DNA from: Epiperipatus broadwayi
Taxonomy: Eukaryota > Animalia > Onychophora
Direction of reading: 5' to 3'
Assembly: GCA_028023455.1 (NCBI GenBank)
Contig: JAQFVV010000008.1
Span: 14,136,001 to 14,200,000 of the forward strand
DNA: 64,000 nucleotides
Of the stretch, positions 63,001 through 64,000 are shown in pieces. Every line of letters begins with the position of its first letter. Within the stretch, counting starts at the first letter, position 1. Below the pieces are notes generated by a model. The model made no database searches. It was given only the letters and a program-made list of their open reading frames with translations, and had not been told where the DNA came from. Both the position numbers and the translations under genes were made by a program.

Positions 63001-63844
63001 CCACATCTCTCCACTAACTCTTGTCTCTTATTTTTAGGCCTGAGTAAATAAAAGCATTTATACTTACTGTCCTACTCTGAGAAATCCTCAAGGAGTCTTA
63101 TCAAGTACATTCAAATAAAAATAAGACTGGTACCATCTACTACATTCCATATCCAGTTATTTGCTTCTACAGAGGCCCAGTCTCTGGGATGATGTCCACC
63201 ATGGCAGAAAATTGCTATGTTTTCAACAGCTTTTTCTCTGGGTCCTAACATCCCCGTGATGCAACAGCAGGCAGCACCATTCACTAAGGATAAGAAAACA
63301 CTTGCTCTTTTCATCACAATATCTGGTAATAGTTATTTTTCTTTGGGCTACTCCAGCAATACATTTTTTACTAAATTATTAAGCTTTTTTTTTTTCAAGA
63401 AATTTATTTAACAAATATAAAATATACAAAGGTTTGTTTACAAGTTTAGACTACCTTAGATTATTTTTATCAGGCTTCACATGTGAACTTGGAAGACTTC
63501 AACAGCAGGTGAAGAGTTCCATTTAGGACTTCTTCTACATGCATTGCAGAGTTTTGCAATAGATGAAACTAATTGATGACTGGTGGAGTTGTGGGCCAAT
63601 GTGACTGCTTATTGTTCTGTTGTTGGGATTTCAAAAAGCCTCCATGTCTCAGAATAGGCAGTACATGTTGACAGGACTTCATCTCATTTCTTGATATTGT
63701 TTATGATTTTGATAAATAGTTGTAGTGGACTCAGATGAGACCCTTGAAAGGATAACTTACAATGAACCAGCCAGATTGAGAATGACAGGAATATAGAAAG
63801 TCTGAAAATCTGATCCATGCAAATGTTTTACTGCTAATGCAGCA

Positions 63845-64000
63845 TTAGCTGATTTTAGATTTAGTATGTATAAGTTGTCTGATGCCATTGAGGTTGGGAC
63901 AATTGTTAATGATGTGTTCAAATGTTTCAATTTCATGCCCACAGAGTTGGCATTGAGGGTCTATGTGTTTAAATCCCCTTTTATTTACCAAGAAAGATTT
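63845..64000 (-). mobile_element. 3' end of a non-LTR retrotransposon ORF2 (CCHC zinc knuckle); continues off the window
   Basis: Minus strand KRGFKHIDPQCQLCGHEIETFEHIINNCPNLNGIR...* has the C-x2-C-x8-H-x4-C pattern. Confidence 0.75.

Noticed and set aside
63111-63720. Short ORFs as host exons or BEL/Pao gag
   Set aside because: No consistent motif or splice pattern could be supported.

Overview
AT-rich eukaryotic (probably invertebrate animal) genomic window. The one recognisable host gene is the 3' half of a RIG-I-like receptor / Dicer-related helicase on the + strand. Three exons (3499-3624, 28225-28344, 43210-44036) join in frame and encode the end of Hel2i, Hel2, the pincer and a Zn-binding C-terminal domain. 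The two introns are about 24.6 kb and 14.9 kb, and the 5' exons lie outside the window. Most of the rest is nested mobile DNA: a full-length but disrupted Mag-type Gypsy element (5-bp TSD), a second decayed one, a TRIM-like non-autonomous LTR element with minisatellite LTRs, two Merlin/IS1595-type transposons (8-bp TSDs), a SPIN/Buster-type hAT (8-bp TSD), two copies of a TA-flanked MITE, several LINE remnants, and two large TG...CA elements with 4-bp TSDs. Two patterns stand out. First, at least five insertions with apparently unrelated sequences share one geometry: a 12-22 bp TSD, inverted arms, and a 29-40 bp one-sided tail. This is the Penelope-like/retrozyme signature, and one insertion carries two near-canonical minimal type I hammerhead ribozymes. 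Second, an unidentified 4.7-kb TGTACCCT...AGGGTACA element carries decayed ORFs that I do not recognise. All alignments were done by eye; no database searches were run.
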